32,272 nucleotides of DNA from a bacterium (GCA_041497675.1 JBGQGY010000028.1:1-32272), one strand, 5' to 3'; shown: positions 9,491 through 18,510, counted from the first letter of the stretch. Numbers and translations: made by a program. Notes: generated from the sequence alone by a model not told the origin.

Positions 9491-9528
9491 GTTTCAATGT
9501 CTACAATTGCTAATCCTCCGTGAGGATT
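9491..9528 (-). promoter_or_regulatory. Putative sigmaH-like promoter overlapped by a 7-bp palindrome, upstream of the small peptide
   Basis: Minus strand GGAGGATTA-N12-ATTGAAAC resembles the sigmaH consensus RNAGGAWWW-N11/12-RNNGAAT. Palindrome AATCCTC-cgt-GAGGATT at 9512-9528. Confidence 0.35.
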
Positions 9529-9595
9529 GTTGCAGGATGCCGTCCGGCAGCGGGTTAGCAGGGAAGCGGCGAAGCCGGGAGAAAGGAAGTGGCAC

Positions 9596-9916
9596 ATGCC
9601 CCGACGCTCGGCTGCGCCCGTCCGCGCGCGCCTACGCGCCCGGTTGACAGATCAACTGTGGCGCGCGATCTTGTGCCTTCGTACGCCGGAGGACTGCTAT
9701 CGCTTTTTTGAGGATGTGTGCACGATCGGCGAGATCCGTGCGATCGCCTCACGACTTGAAGTCGCGCGGCTGCTGGCCGCGGGGTTGACGTACGAGGAGA
9801 TCGCCCGCCGGACGGGCGCGAGTAGTGCCACGATCAGCCGGGTGCGGCGGTTCCTGGAGTATGGAGCGGACGGATACCGGGTCGTGCTCGACCGGCTGGC
9901 GCGCGGTCGCGGCTAA
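9596..9916 (+). CDS. yerC: TrpR-like repressor, YerC/YecD family (predicted HisR)
   Basis: CYRFFEDVCTIGEI...RLEVARLL...TYEEIARRTGASSATISRVRRFLEYGADGY matches YerC. ATG 9596 has an AAAGGA RBS. Confidence 0.9.
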   Translation: MPRRSAAPVRARLRARLTDQLWRAILCLRTPEDCYRFFEDVCTIGEIRAIASRLEVARLLAAGLTYEEIARRTGASSATISRVRRFLEYGADGYRVVLDRLARGRG

Positions 9917-10740
9917 CCCGCGAGCACGGTTGTGGGTTCCTCCGACCGTCTGGTCAGCGACAGCGTCATCAAGCTCGCGGGTAGCGGGAGCAGGCTGACA
10001 GCGCTGAGAACCGGGATGATCCCGTAGACCTGGGCGAGGGCGCTGGTTGGTCCTACGAGCAAGCCGCCGACGCCCATGCTGACGCCGAGCATCAGCCCGG
10101 CAGCCATCCCGGCGTGCGCGGGCATCAGCCCCTGGGCTTCGACCGTCAGCAGCGACGCTGAGCCAAACAGCACGGCGCCCCCCAGCGCGAGAAAGACCAT
10201 TGCCGCCGCCCCGTTCGTGTGAATGGCGCCCAGAAACAACGGGCTGGCGATGAGGAACGAGATGAACAGGATGGGGCGGCGACCATAGCGATCGGAGAGA
10301 TATCCGCCGACCATGCCGCCGATGGCACCGGCAAACAGCATGACGGTCAGTGCGGCGGCGCCGTGGGTCGCCGGCACCCCGCGGTGTTTGAACAGGAACG
10401 GCAGCAGCGCCAGCATCGCATAGGATAGCGTGGACCGCGACATAATGAGGACCATCAGACGGGCAAGCCCCCGGGCATTGCGGCGGAGGTCGTCCCGCAG
10501 GCGGACTCGACCGAGAGGGGAGCCGGGTGTGGGCCGCGTCCACGGGCGCAGCGCAGCCATGACCAACGCGAGGACGACGGCCGGCAGCGCCGTGACCATG
10601 ACCCACGGCAGACCGGCGCGCACCGCTACGGTGGCGGCGATCAAGGGGCTCAGCGCGTAGCCGGCCTGTCCTGCCATGATGTAGACGGCCATACGCGTCC
10701 CCTTGCGGGTGCCCGAGAGACCGTGCACGAGACTAGGCGG
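9913..10740 (-). pseudogene. 5'-truncated MFS transporter (Fsr-like), about 8 TM segments remaining
   Basis: GYLSDRYGRR (second-half motif A) and AGQAGYALSPL (TM5-like) are present, but TM1-4 are missing. The upstream frame runs through the his promoter. A 259-aa product could still start at ATG 10692. Confidence 0.6.
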
Positions 10741-10757
10741 CGGTGCCTGCCGGCGCC

Positions 10758-10787
10758 TTGACCGGCCGATGGTGAAAATGCTAAACT
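10758..10787 (+). promoter_or_regulatory. sigma70 promoter of the his operon
   Basis: TTGACC (10758-10763)-N18-TAAACT (10782-10787) with an extended -10 TG. Confidence 0.7.
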
Positions 10788-10792
10788 GGCGG

Positions 10793-10828
10793 GTGTTTAG
10801 CACTCTAATGCTTTAGCGTGATAAAGGA
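10793..10828. promoter_or_regulatory. Tandem HisR/TrpR-type operator
   Basis: Three overlapping imperfect 20-bp palindromes staggered by 8 bp: GTGTTTAGCACTCTAATGCT, CACTCTAATGCTTTAGCGTG, TGCTTTAGCGTGATAAAGGA. They lie between the -10 and the hisZ RBS. Confidence 0.65.
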
Positions 10829-10837
10829 GCATAGGCC

Positions 10838-12088
10838 GTGCGTGTCCGCAGTCCACGCTCCGCTCGATGGCGGCAGCTCCCTCCGGGGATGCGGGATCAC
10901 ACAACTGAAGACGTCGGCGCGCGCCGGCGGCTCGAAGCCCGGATCCACGACGTGTTCGCCCGATGGGGCTACGCGGAGGTCGCCACGCCCGCGCTGGAGT
11001 ACCTGGACACCTTTCTGCGCGCGGCCGGGCCGACGTTCGCCGATCGGTTGATGAAACTGATCGACAGCGGTGGTGAGGTCCTGGCGCTGCGCCCCGAGAT
11101 GACGGTGCCCATCGCGCGGCTGGCCGCCACGCGTTTGCTGCCGGCCGGCGTCACACCGCTTCGCGTGTCGTACATCGCCACCGTGTTCCGCAGCCAGGAG
11201 GCGGGGTCGGGTCGGCTGCGAGAGTTCATCCAGGCCGGTGCGGAACTGATCGGCGACGGCAGCGTGCACGCCGATATCGAAGTCATCGCCCTCGCGGGTG
11301 AGGCGTTGCAGACTGCGCACCCCCAGCAACCGACCATCAGCGTGAGCCACGCCGGTTTTCTCAGGGGTATTCTCTCGACGTTGCCCGACGAGGATGCCGA
11401 CACTGTCCGCGAGCTGCTGTACCGGCGGGCATTCGCCGATCTGGACCGCGTGGTGCCTGCGGGTGCCGTGCTCGAGGCGTTGCGGATGGTGCCGACGCTG
11501 CGCGGTCTCGACGCGCTTGAGCGCGCCGCGCCGCTCGCCGTCTCGGATGAGAGCCGGGCCGCGCTCGAGTTGCTCCGCGGCCTGCTCGACGGCGTGGGCG
11601 CCCACGATCCGGCGGTCCGCGTCGAGGTCGACCTGGGGTTGATCAGAGACTTCGACTACTATAGCGGCATCGTGTTTGAGGCACACGCGGGCGGGGTCGG
11701 ACAGCCGCTTCTCGGCGGAGGGCGGTACGATGGCCTGCTGGCGCGCTTCGGCCACGCCGCGCCGGCCACCGGATTCGCGCTGAGCGTTGAACGTCTGCTG
11801 GAGGCCGGAACGGTTCAAGAGACCGGGCGCGCCACGATCGTGATGCGATACACTCCGGGGGCGTACCGTCGCGCCGTACGCGCTGCCGGGATCCTGCGCG
11901 ACGCCGGGTTGGGGGTTGTCATCGTCCCAGTCGGTGCCCGCGACGGCGTTGATCAGCCTGCGTGCACGGTGATGATCGGGGCAGATGCGTTCCGCATTTC
12001 CGACAACGGTGAGCGGACGGCGGACCGTTCACACGAATTGGCCGATCGAGTGCGGAGCGCGCTGGAGGCGGATGGATGGACGTCTTGA
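10838..12088 (+). CDS. hisZ: ATP phosphoribosyltransferase regulatory subunit
   Basis: LPPGMRD, TPALEY, LRPEMTVPIAR, REFIQAGAELIG, YYSGIVFE, GGGRYDGL, ATGFAL. AAGGAG RBS before GTG. Confidence 0.95.
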   Translation: MRVRSPRSARWRQLPPGMRDHTTEDVGARRRLEARIHDVFARWGYAEVATPALEYLDTFLRAAGPTFADRLMKLIDSGGEVLALRPEMTVPIARLAATRLLPAGVTPLRVSYIATVFRSQEAGSGRLREFIQAGAELIGDGSVHADIEVIALAGEALQTAHPQQPTISVSHAGFLRGILSTLPDEDADTVRELLYRRAFADLDRVVPAGAVLEALRMVPTLRGLDALERAAPLAVSDESRAALELLRGLLDGVGAHDPAVRVEVDLGLIRDFDYYSGIVFEAHAGGVGQPLLGGGRYDGLLARFGHAAPATGFALSVERLLEAGTVQETGRATIVMRYTPGAYRRAVRAAGILRDAGLGVVIVPVGARDGVDQPACTVMIGADAFRISDNGERTADRSHELADRVRSALEADGWTS

Positions 12089-12726
12089 CCATCGCACTGC
12101 CCACCGGCCGGCTCTGGGACGACGCCGCCCAGATGCTGCGCCGGGCCGGCATCCCCCTGGCGCCCTCGTCCGGGAGCCGGCAGTTGCTCATTGATCTTCC
12201 CGGTGGCGTACGGGTGCTCGCGACTAAGCCGACGGATCTGCTGGCCTACGTCGAGCAAGGTGCCGCCGATGCCGGCGTCGTCGGCCGGGACATGATCCTC
12301 GAACAAAGCCGGGACGTGTACGAGTTGCTCGACCTGGGTTTCGGCGCCTGCCGGGCGGTCGCGGCGTTTCCCGAGGACCGCGCCGCGGCGCTCTGGCAGC
12401 CGGGCCGCCTGCTGCGCATTGCCACCAAGTATCCACGGTTGACCGCGCGCTACTTTGACGAGCAGGAACGGCCGGTCGAGATCGTCGTGCTCTACGGGTC
12501 GGTCGAACTCGCGCCGCTGGTCGGTCTGTCGGACGGGATCGTCGATCTGGTGATGAGCGGCCGCACGTTGCAGGCGAACCATCTGCGGGAGGTCGCGGAG
12601 ATCGCCACCTCGACCGCGCGGTTAGTGGTCAACCGGAGCAGCTTGAGCCGATCGCCCAGGGTCACGGAATTCGTCGACACGTTGCGTGCGATGGCCGTGC
12701 CGCGGGAGTCCGGGATCCGTGCCTGA
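12076..12726 (+). CDS. hisG: ATP phosphoribosyltransferase, short form
   Basis: IALPTGRL, IATKYP, LYGSVELAP, IVDLVMSGRTLQANHL. 216 aa with no regulatory domain. Confidence 0.96.
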   Translation: MDVLTIALPTGRLWDDAAQMLRRAGIPLAPSSGSRQLLIDLPGGVRVLATKPTDLLAYVEQGAADAGVVGRDMILEQSRDVYELLDLGFGACRAVAAFPEDRAAALWQPGRLLRIATKYPRLTARYFDEQERPVEIVVLYGSVELAPLVGLSDGIVDLVMSGRTLQANHLREVAEIATSTARLVVNRSSLSRSPRVTEFVDTLRAMAVPRESGIRA

Positions 12727-14044
12727 GACCCTGGTGGGCGTGACGCATTTGAGCGCGCTGCCGGCCGCCGAGCGGCGGCGCCGTCAGAGTCGCGCGTCGG
12801 CGGTCATCTTCGGGGAGGAGATGCGGACGTACGCCCGCGAGGTGCTCGACGCGGTGGCGCGCGACGGTGACGAGGCCGTAGCCAGGTACACGGTGCAGTG
12901 GGACGGTGTGGCGCTGTCGCCCGAGCAGTTTGCAGTGCGAGCGGACGAATTTGAGACCGCGCGCCGCACGATCGACCCCGAACTGGCGCGGGCGCTGGAA
13001 CAGATGATCGGGCGCGTCCGGCAGTTCAATGAATGGCTGCGCCCCCGGCCGGCGGCGCTGGCCGAGGTCGAACCCGGCATCTCGGTCGGGGTGCGATACA
13101 CGGGCAGCCGTTCGGCGGGTCTCTACGTGCCGTCGGGCAAGGGATCGTTCCCGTCGTCGTTTGTTATGCTAGCGACCCCGGCCGTCGCGGCCGGCGTCGA
13201 GATGATCGCAGCGGTGGTTCCCCCGCGCCCGGACGGGAGCATCGATGCCGCGATCTTGGTCGCCGCGGATCTGATCGGCGTGCGGCGGATCTTCCGGTGC
13301 AACGGCCCGGCCGGTGTTGCCGCGATGGCCGTCGGGACGGCGACAATCCCACGCACCGATCTGGTCGTCGGGCCCGGCAGTCCGGTGGTCGCCGCGGTGC
13401 AATTGGCGGCGGCGTCCTATGGCGCGAGACCGGTGGTGCTGTTGGGACCCAGCGAAGCCATCATCCTGGCCGACGACAGCGCCAATCCGTCTACGCTTGC
13501 CCTCGATCTGCTCAACGAAGCTGAGCATGGAGGCGACTCAGCGGCCATGCTGCTCGCCACCGACGAATCGACGGCACGGCGGGTCGCCGAGGTGGTCCCC
13601 GGCTTCCTCGATCGCTTACCGGAGCCGCGGCGCAGCTTTGCCCTGCAGGCGATCGTGGAATGGGGCGGTATTTTCGTCGCCGGTCTGGACGAAGCGATCG
13701 ACTGGATCAACGAGTATGCGCCTGAGCACCTGCAACTGGCGGTCCGCGATCCCATCGCGGTGTCGGCGCGGATCCGGCACGCGGGCGAGATCCTGCTCGG
13801 ACAGTTCACGCCATTTGCCGCCGCGAACTATGCGATCGGCGTGCCTCATGCCCTCCCGACCGGCGGATGGGCGGCCACGACCTCGGGCGTGAGCGTGCTG
13901 GCCTTCATGAAGACATCATTTGTTGCGAGGTTGACCGCCGCGGGCCTACGGGCGGTAGCACCGGTCGCCGTGACCCTGGGACGCTACGAGGGATTCCCGG
14001 CCCACGTCCAGGCGATCACCGAGCGACGCATGGATGACGCATGA
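12719..14044 (+). CDS. hisD: Histidinol dehydrogenase (divergent)
   Basis: GLYVP, GPG, GPSE, AEH, APEHL, HALPT and EGFPAH motifs, in the hisD position of the operon. GTG 12719 overlaps the end of hisG. Several signature residues are non-canonical. Confidence 0.85.
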   Translation: MPETLVGVTHLSALPAAERRRRQSRASAVIFGEEMRTYAREVLDAVARDGDEAVARYTVQWDGVALSPEQFAVRADEFETARRTIDPELARALEQMIGRVRQFNEWLRPRPAALAEVEPGISVGVRYTGSRSAGLYVPSGKGSFPSSFVMLATPAVAAGVEMIAAVVPPRPDGSIDAAILVAADLIGVRRIFRCNGPAGVAAMAVGTATIPRTDLVVGPGSPVVAAVQLAAASYGARPVVLLGPSEAIILADDSANPSTLALDLLNEAEHGGDSAAMLLATDESTARRVAEVVPGFLDRLPEPRRSFALQAIVEWGGIFVAGLDEAIDWINEYAPEHLQLAVRDPIAVSARIRHAGEILLGQFTPFAAANYAIGVPHALPTGGWAATTSGVSVLAFMKTSFVARLTAAGLRAVAPVAVTLGRYEGFPAHVQAITERRMDDA

Positions 14045-15138
14045 AGACCGCGGCCAACGGAGTCTTGTACATCCGTCCGGAGATCCGGGCCCTGCAGGCC
14101 TACCGGCTGCCGTCTGTTCCCGCCGCCCAGGGGCCGGCCGCCATCCGTCTCCATCAAAACGAGGCGCCGGAGGACTGGCCCGAGGACATCAAACGTGAGA
14201 TCGCCGGGAGGCTCGTAGCCACGCCGTGGCACCGCTACCCGTCCGCACGCGCGGACGAGGCGTGCGGCGCGATCGGGGCGATGCAGGGGACGCCGCCGTC
14301 AATGATCGCCGCGACCGCGGGATCCAACGAGGCCCTATGGGCGGCGTTCGCCGCGTGTGCCTCAGGCGGGACGGTGGTCATGCCATCGCCCACTTATTCG
14401 ATGGCCAAGACGCTGGCGATCGCGGCGGGCGCGAAGGTCGTGGACGTCCCGCTGGCGGACGGCTTTGCCCTCGACGCCACCGCGGTGCTGCGGGCCGCCC
14501 ATGCCTGTCGCGCCGAGGTCGTCTACCTGGCGTCCCCAAACAACCCAACCGGAAACGCGCTGAACCGAGACGCGGTCCTCGCGGTGGTGACAGGCGCCCC
14601 GGGTGCCGTGATGGTGGATGAGGCGTATTGGGAGTTCGCGAGCGCGTCGTTTCTCGACGTCCTGGACCGCTTTGGGCACCTGATCCTCGTGCGGACGTTC
14701 AGTAAGGCGATGGGCGGGGCCGGGCTGCGCATCGGATGGCTGACCGCACAGCCGTCGGTGATCGGAGAACTCGTGAAGGTCATCCCGCCGTACAGCCTGA
14801 ACGTGCTGGCGCAGGCGGCGGTCCCCGTGCTGGTGGCCCATCGTGATCTGGCGGCGTCACGCGTGAGGACGATCATCGCGGAACGCGAGCGGGTCGCGGG
14901 CGCGCTGCGCGCGTTCGGCATGACCGTCCATGCCAGCGAGACGAACTTCCTGCTGTTTGAACCGGGGCGGCCGCCGGCGGACGTCTGGCAGGCGCTTGCC
15001 GAGCGCGGTGTGCTTGTGCGCAACGTGTCAGGCGCGCCGCGTCTGCGTGCGTGCCTGCGTGTCTCGATTGGGGCGCCGGCGGACAACGACCGGCTCATCG
15101 CGGCGCTGGCGGCAGGCGCCGGCGAAGGTGCGCGGTGA
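14041..15138 (+). CDS. hisC: Histidinol-phosphate aminotransferase
   Basis: LHQNE, GSNEA, SPNNPTG, VDEAY, RTFSKAMGGAGLRIG (PLP lysine). ATGA overlap with hisD. Confidence 0.95.
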   Translation: MKTAANGVLYIRPEIRALQAYRLPSVPAAQGPAAIRLHQNEAPEDWPEDIKREIAGRLVATPWHRYPSARADEACGAIGAMQGTPPSMIAATAGSNEALWAAFAACASGGTVVMPSPTYSMAKTLAIAAGAKVVDVPLADGFALDATAVLRAAHACRAEVVYLASPNNPTGNALNRDAVLAVVTGAPGAVMVDEAYWEFASASFLDVLDRFGHLILVRTFSKAMGGAGLRIGWLTAQPSVIGELVKVIPPYSLNVLAQAAVPVLVAHRDLAASRVRTIIAERERVAGALRAFGMTVHASETNFLLFEPGRPPADVWQALAERGVLVRNVSGAPRLRACLRVSIGAPADNDRLIAALAAGAGEGAR

Positions 15139-15713
15139 GACACGCGCGGGTCCAGCGGACCACGGCGGAGACAAACGTCGACGTCAACCTCGAGCTGGAC
15201 GGCAGCGGTCAGGCCTCGATCGAGACCGGTGTTCCGTTCTTCGACCATCTGCTGGGTGCGCTGGGGCGTCACAGCGGGTTCGACCTGACCGTTCGCGCCG
15301 CCGGTGATCTGCACGTCGATGCCCACCATACGGTCGAGGACACCGGCATCGTGCTGGGTCAGGCGCTGCGCCAAGCGGTGGGCGAAGGCGACGGCATCGC
15401 ACGCTTTGCGTCGATCCATGTGCCCATGGACGATGCGCTGGTGTTGGTCGCCGTCGACATTTCAGGGCGCCCGTACGTCGACTGTGCGCTGACGTTTTCG
15501 ACCGGACAGATCGGAGCGTTTCAAACGGATCTCGTTGAGGAGGTCCTGCGCGCGGTGGCCATGCATGCCGCGATCACCCTTCACGTCAAACAGGTTAGGG
15601 GGCACAATAGTCATCACATCGCCGAGGCGGTCTTCAAAGGACTCGGCGTGACGCTGGGCCGGGCGACCCGCGTCGTCGGACGCGGAGTCCCGTCGACGAA
15701 GGGCGTACTGTGA
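15135..15713 (+). CDS. hisB: Imidazoleglycerol-phosphate dehydratase (monofunctional)
   Basis: RTTAET, FFDHLL, DAHHTVED, NSHHIAEAVFK, PSTKGVL. GTGA overlap with hisC. Confidence 0.96.
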   Translation: MRHARVQRTTAETNVDVNLELDGSGQASIETGVPFFDHLLGALGRHSGFDLTVRAAGDLHVDAHHTVEDTGIVLGQALRQAVGEGDGIARFASIHVPMDDALVLVAVDISGRPYVDCALTFSTGQIGAFQTDLVEEVLRAVAMHAAITLHVKQVRGHNSHHIAEAVFKGLGVTLGRATRVVGRGVPSTKGVL

Positions 15714-16336
15714 AGATCGCACTGGTCGACTACGGCGCCGGCAACCTACGGAGCGCCGCGCGGGCGCTCGCGGAGGCGGGCGCTTCGCCGCAGATCGTGA
15801 CCGGCGCGCAGGGGTTGCGGGGCGCCGTCGCCATCGTGGTGCCTGGAGTCGGCGCGTTTGCTCCCGCGATGCAGCGGCTCGGCGCCGCGGGATTGACGGG
15901 CGCGATCCGCGACGCCGCCCGCGGTGGCGTGCCGTTGATTGGTATCTGCCTCGGGATGCAGTTGCTCTACGAAGGCAGTGACGAGGGTGTCCCGACACCC
16001 GGGCTCGGGCTCCTGGCCGGTCGGGTGCGCCGCCTGCCGGGTACGGTCAAAGTTCCCCACATGGGATGGAACACGCTCGAGGTCCGCGTCGCGGATCCGC
16101 TGTTCGACGATCTTCCTGTCGAGCCGTACGTGTACTTTGTCCACTCATACGTCGTGGCGCCCGTTCAGGGCGCCACGGTCCTCGCCGAGACGTTCTATGG
16201 AACGAGGTTCCCGTCGGTCGTGCGCCGGGGGCACATATGGGGGCTCCAGTTTCATCCAGAAAAAAGCAGTCGAGTGGGTGCGCGGCTACTCCGCAATCTC
16301 GTCAGGGAAATCGCGGCGGCGCGCTTGCCCGCATGA
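15710..16336 (+). CDS. hisH: Imidazole glycerol phosphate synthase, glutaminase subunit
   Basis: DYGAGNL, PGVGAF, GICLGMQ, PHMGWN, YFVHSY, QFHPEKS. Confidence 0.96.
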   Translation: MKIALVDYGAGNLRSAARALAEAGASPQIVTGAQGLRGAVAIVVPGVGAFAPAMQRLGAAGLTGAIRDAARGGVPLIGICLGMQLLYEGSDEGVPTPGLGLLAGRVRRLPGTVKVPHMGWNTLEVRVADPLFDDLPVEPYVYFVHSYVVAPVQGATVLAETFYGTRFPSVVRRGHIWGLQFHPEKSSRVGARLLRNLVREIAAARLPA

Positions 16337-17061
16337 CGATCTATCCGGCCATCGATCTGTTGGAGGATCGAGCCGTGCGCCTGCGGCAGGGCGACCCGTC
16401 ACGTCTCACGCGGTTCGGCGATGATCCGGTCGCGGTGGCCAGTGGATGGGTCGACCAGGGCGCGGCGTGGCTCCACGTCGTGGACCTGGATGGCGCGCTG
16501 TCGGGTGTCCCGCGGCACCTCGCGCTCATCGAGCGCATCTGCCGGTCGGTCGCCGCGCCGGTGCAGGTCGGGGGCGGTCTGCGGACACTCTCGGACCTGG
16601 ATGCCGTTTTCGAGGCCGGGGCTGCGCGGGCAATTCTTGGAACCGCCGCGCTCGACGCGGCGGTGTTGGGCGCGGCCTTGGATCGGTTTGGCCAGCGGAT
16701 TGCGGTGGCGCTCGACGCGCGCGATGGGTTGGTCGCTATTCGGGGCTGGCGAGACACGGCGTCCCTGGCGGTGGTCGACGCGGCGGCGGCGCTGGCGGCC
16801 GCAGGAGCACCGCGCTTCATCTATACGAACGTCGCGCGTGATGGGATGCTGACCGGCCCCGATCTCGACGGGCTGGCATCACTGCGCGCGGCGGTGCGCG
16901 CGCCGGTCGTGCTGTCGGGGGGGATTGCGTCCGCCGCCGACGTGGTGGCGGCCGCGCGCGCCGGGGCCGAGGGCGTCGTGATCGGCCGCGCGCTCTATGA
17001 CGGCCGGCTCTCGTTACGTGAGGCGCTCAGGGCGGTGGAGGGGTACGCGGGTGCTCGCTAA
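16333..17061 (+). CDS. hisA: ProFAR isomerase
   Basis: [47 protein letters not shown] 16333 overlaps the hisH stop. Confidence 0.95.
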   Translation: MTIYPAIDLLEDRAVRLRQGDPSRLTRFGDDPVAVASGWVDQGAAWLHVVDLDGALSGVPRHLALIERICRSVAAPVQVGGGLRTLSDLDAVFEAGAARAILGTAALDAAVLGAALDRFGQRIAVALDARDGLVAIRGWRDTASLAVVDAAAALAAAGAPRFIYTNVARDGMLTGPDLDGLASLRAAVRAPVVLSGGIASAADVVAAARAGAEGVVIGRALYDGRLSLREALRAVEGYAGAR

Positions 17062-17839
17062 ACGGGTGATAGCCTGTCTCGATGTGCGCGAGGGGCGTGT
17101 CGTCAAGGGAAAGCAGTTTGTCGACTTGCGCGACGCCGGTGATCCCGTCGCGCTGGCCGCGCGTTACGATGCGGACGGCGCGGATGAGCTCGTCTATCTT
17201 GACATCACCGCGTCGATCGAGGCGCGCGGGACATTGCTGGCGGTGGTCAACCGGACGGCGGAGCAGGTCTTCATCCCCCTGACCGTGGGCGGCGGTGTGC
17301 GTACCGCCGACGACGTGCGAGAATTGCTGCTCGCCGGGGCCGACAAAGTGGCGATCAACACGGCCGCGGTCACCCGACCGGCGCTGGTGGCCGAGGCGGC
17401 CGATCGATTTGGGAGTCAGTGTATCGTCGTGGCCGTCGACGCGAAGCGTCGCGACGAACCCGGCCGTCCGTGGTATGAGGTGATGACGCATGCGGGCACG
17501 CAGCCGACGGGCCGCGATGCCGTCGAGTGGGCGGTCGAGGCCGAGCGGATGGGCGCCGGTGAGATCCTGCTGACGAGTGTCGATCGTGATGGGACGTCGG
17601 ACGGGTACGAGCTGACCTTGACGCGGCTGGTCGCGCAGGCGGTGCGGATTCCGGTCGTGGCGTCCGGTGGCGCCGGGCGCCCAGAGCACCTGGTCGATGT
17701 CCTGACGGCCGGGTGCGCCGATGCCGCACTGGCGGCCTCGATTTTCCATTTCGACCAGTATCCGATCCCGGTGGTGAAGGACGCGCTTGCCGCGTCAGGC
17801 ATCGCGGTGCGGATCGAGCGGAAGGGAGAGGGAGCATGA
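17051..17839 (+). CDS. hisF: Imidazole glycerol phosphate synthase, cyclase subunit
   Basis: [56 protein letters not shown]. Confidence 0.97.
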   Translation: MLAKRVIACLDVREGRVVKGKQFVDLRDAGDPVALAARYDADGADELVYLDITASIEARGTLLAVVNRTAEQVFIPLTVGGGVRTADDVRELLLAGADKVAINTAAVTRPALVAEAADRFGSQCIVVAVDAKRRDEPGRPWYEVMTHAGTQPTGRDAVEWAVEAERMGAGEILLTSVDRDGTSDGYELTLTRLVAQAVRIPVVASGGAGRPEHLVDVLTAGCADAALAASIFHFDQYPIPVVKDALAASGIAVRIERKGEGA

Positions 17840-18465
17840 CGAGTCTCGCGGAGCAACGGCAGTCGACCGCGGTCGATTGGAGCGGTGGCCTGGTGCCGTG
17901 TGTCGTTCAAGACGCGCGGACGGGCGCGCTGCTCATGCTGGCATGGATGAATCAGGAGGCGTTTGAGCGGACACGCCAGACGGGTGAGGCCCACTTTTGG
18001 AGTCGGTCGCGGCAGGCGCTGTGGCGCAAAGGCGAAACCTCCGGTCACACCCTCCGCGTCGTCGGGACGCGTGTGGACTGCGACGGTGACGCGATCCTGC
18101 TGGAGGCCGTACCCAACGGCGCCGCGTGTCACACCGGCCAGCCCACGTGCTTCTACCGCTCGGCCGACGGCAACGGCACGGCGCAGGGACCGGTCCTCGC
18201 GCGTCTCGAGACGGTGATCGCCGACCGCGCCAAACGGCGGCCGGAGCGCTCGTACACAACGGCGCTGCTCTCAAGCGGCGTCGGGGCGATCGCGGCCAAG
18301 ATTGTGGAAGAGGCAGAGGAGGTCATCCAGGCTGCGCGGCACGAGTCAGACCAGCGGGTCGCGGAAGAGGCCGCCGATCTCGTCTTTCACCTGATGGTCC
18401 TCCTCGGGGCGCGCGGTGTCGGTTTGGCGGACGTCCTGAACGTGCTGCTCGCGCGGGAGGGGTAG
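17836..18465 (+). CDS. hisIE: Bifunctional phosphoribosyl-AMP cyclohydrolase / phosphoribosyl-ATP pyrophosphatase
   Basis: [32 protein letters not shown], then SYT...KIVEEAEE...[12 protein letters not shown] 17836. Confidence 0.96.
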   Translation: MTSLAEQRQSTAVDWSGGLVPCVVQDARTGALLMLAWMNQEAFERTRQTGEAHFWSRSRQALWRKGETSGHTLRVVGTRVDCDGDAILLEAVPNGAACHTGQPTCFYRSADGNGTAQGPVLARLETVIADRAKRRPERSYTTALLSSGVGAIAAKIVEEAEEVIQAARHESDQRVAEEAADLVFHLMVLLGARGVGLADVLNVLLAREG

Positions 18466-18475
18466 ACACGGCGTC

Positions 18476-18504
18476 CGAGGCGGGCGCACCCTGCGCCCGC
18501 CTCG
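18476..18504. terminator. GC-rich hairpin between the convergent hisIE and BMP genes, probable bidirectional terminator
   Basis: CGAGGCGGGCGCA-ccc-TGCGCCCGCCTCG, a perfect 13-bp stem. No U-tract on either side. Confidence 0.6.
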
Positions 18505-18510
18505 CGGTCA

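Noticed and set aside
10741..10837. His attenuator leader peptide or T-box riboswitch
   Set aside because: The leader is only about 45 nt, with no His-codon run and no T-box motif.
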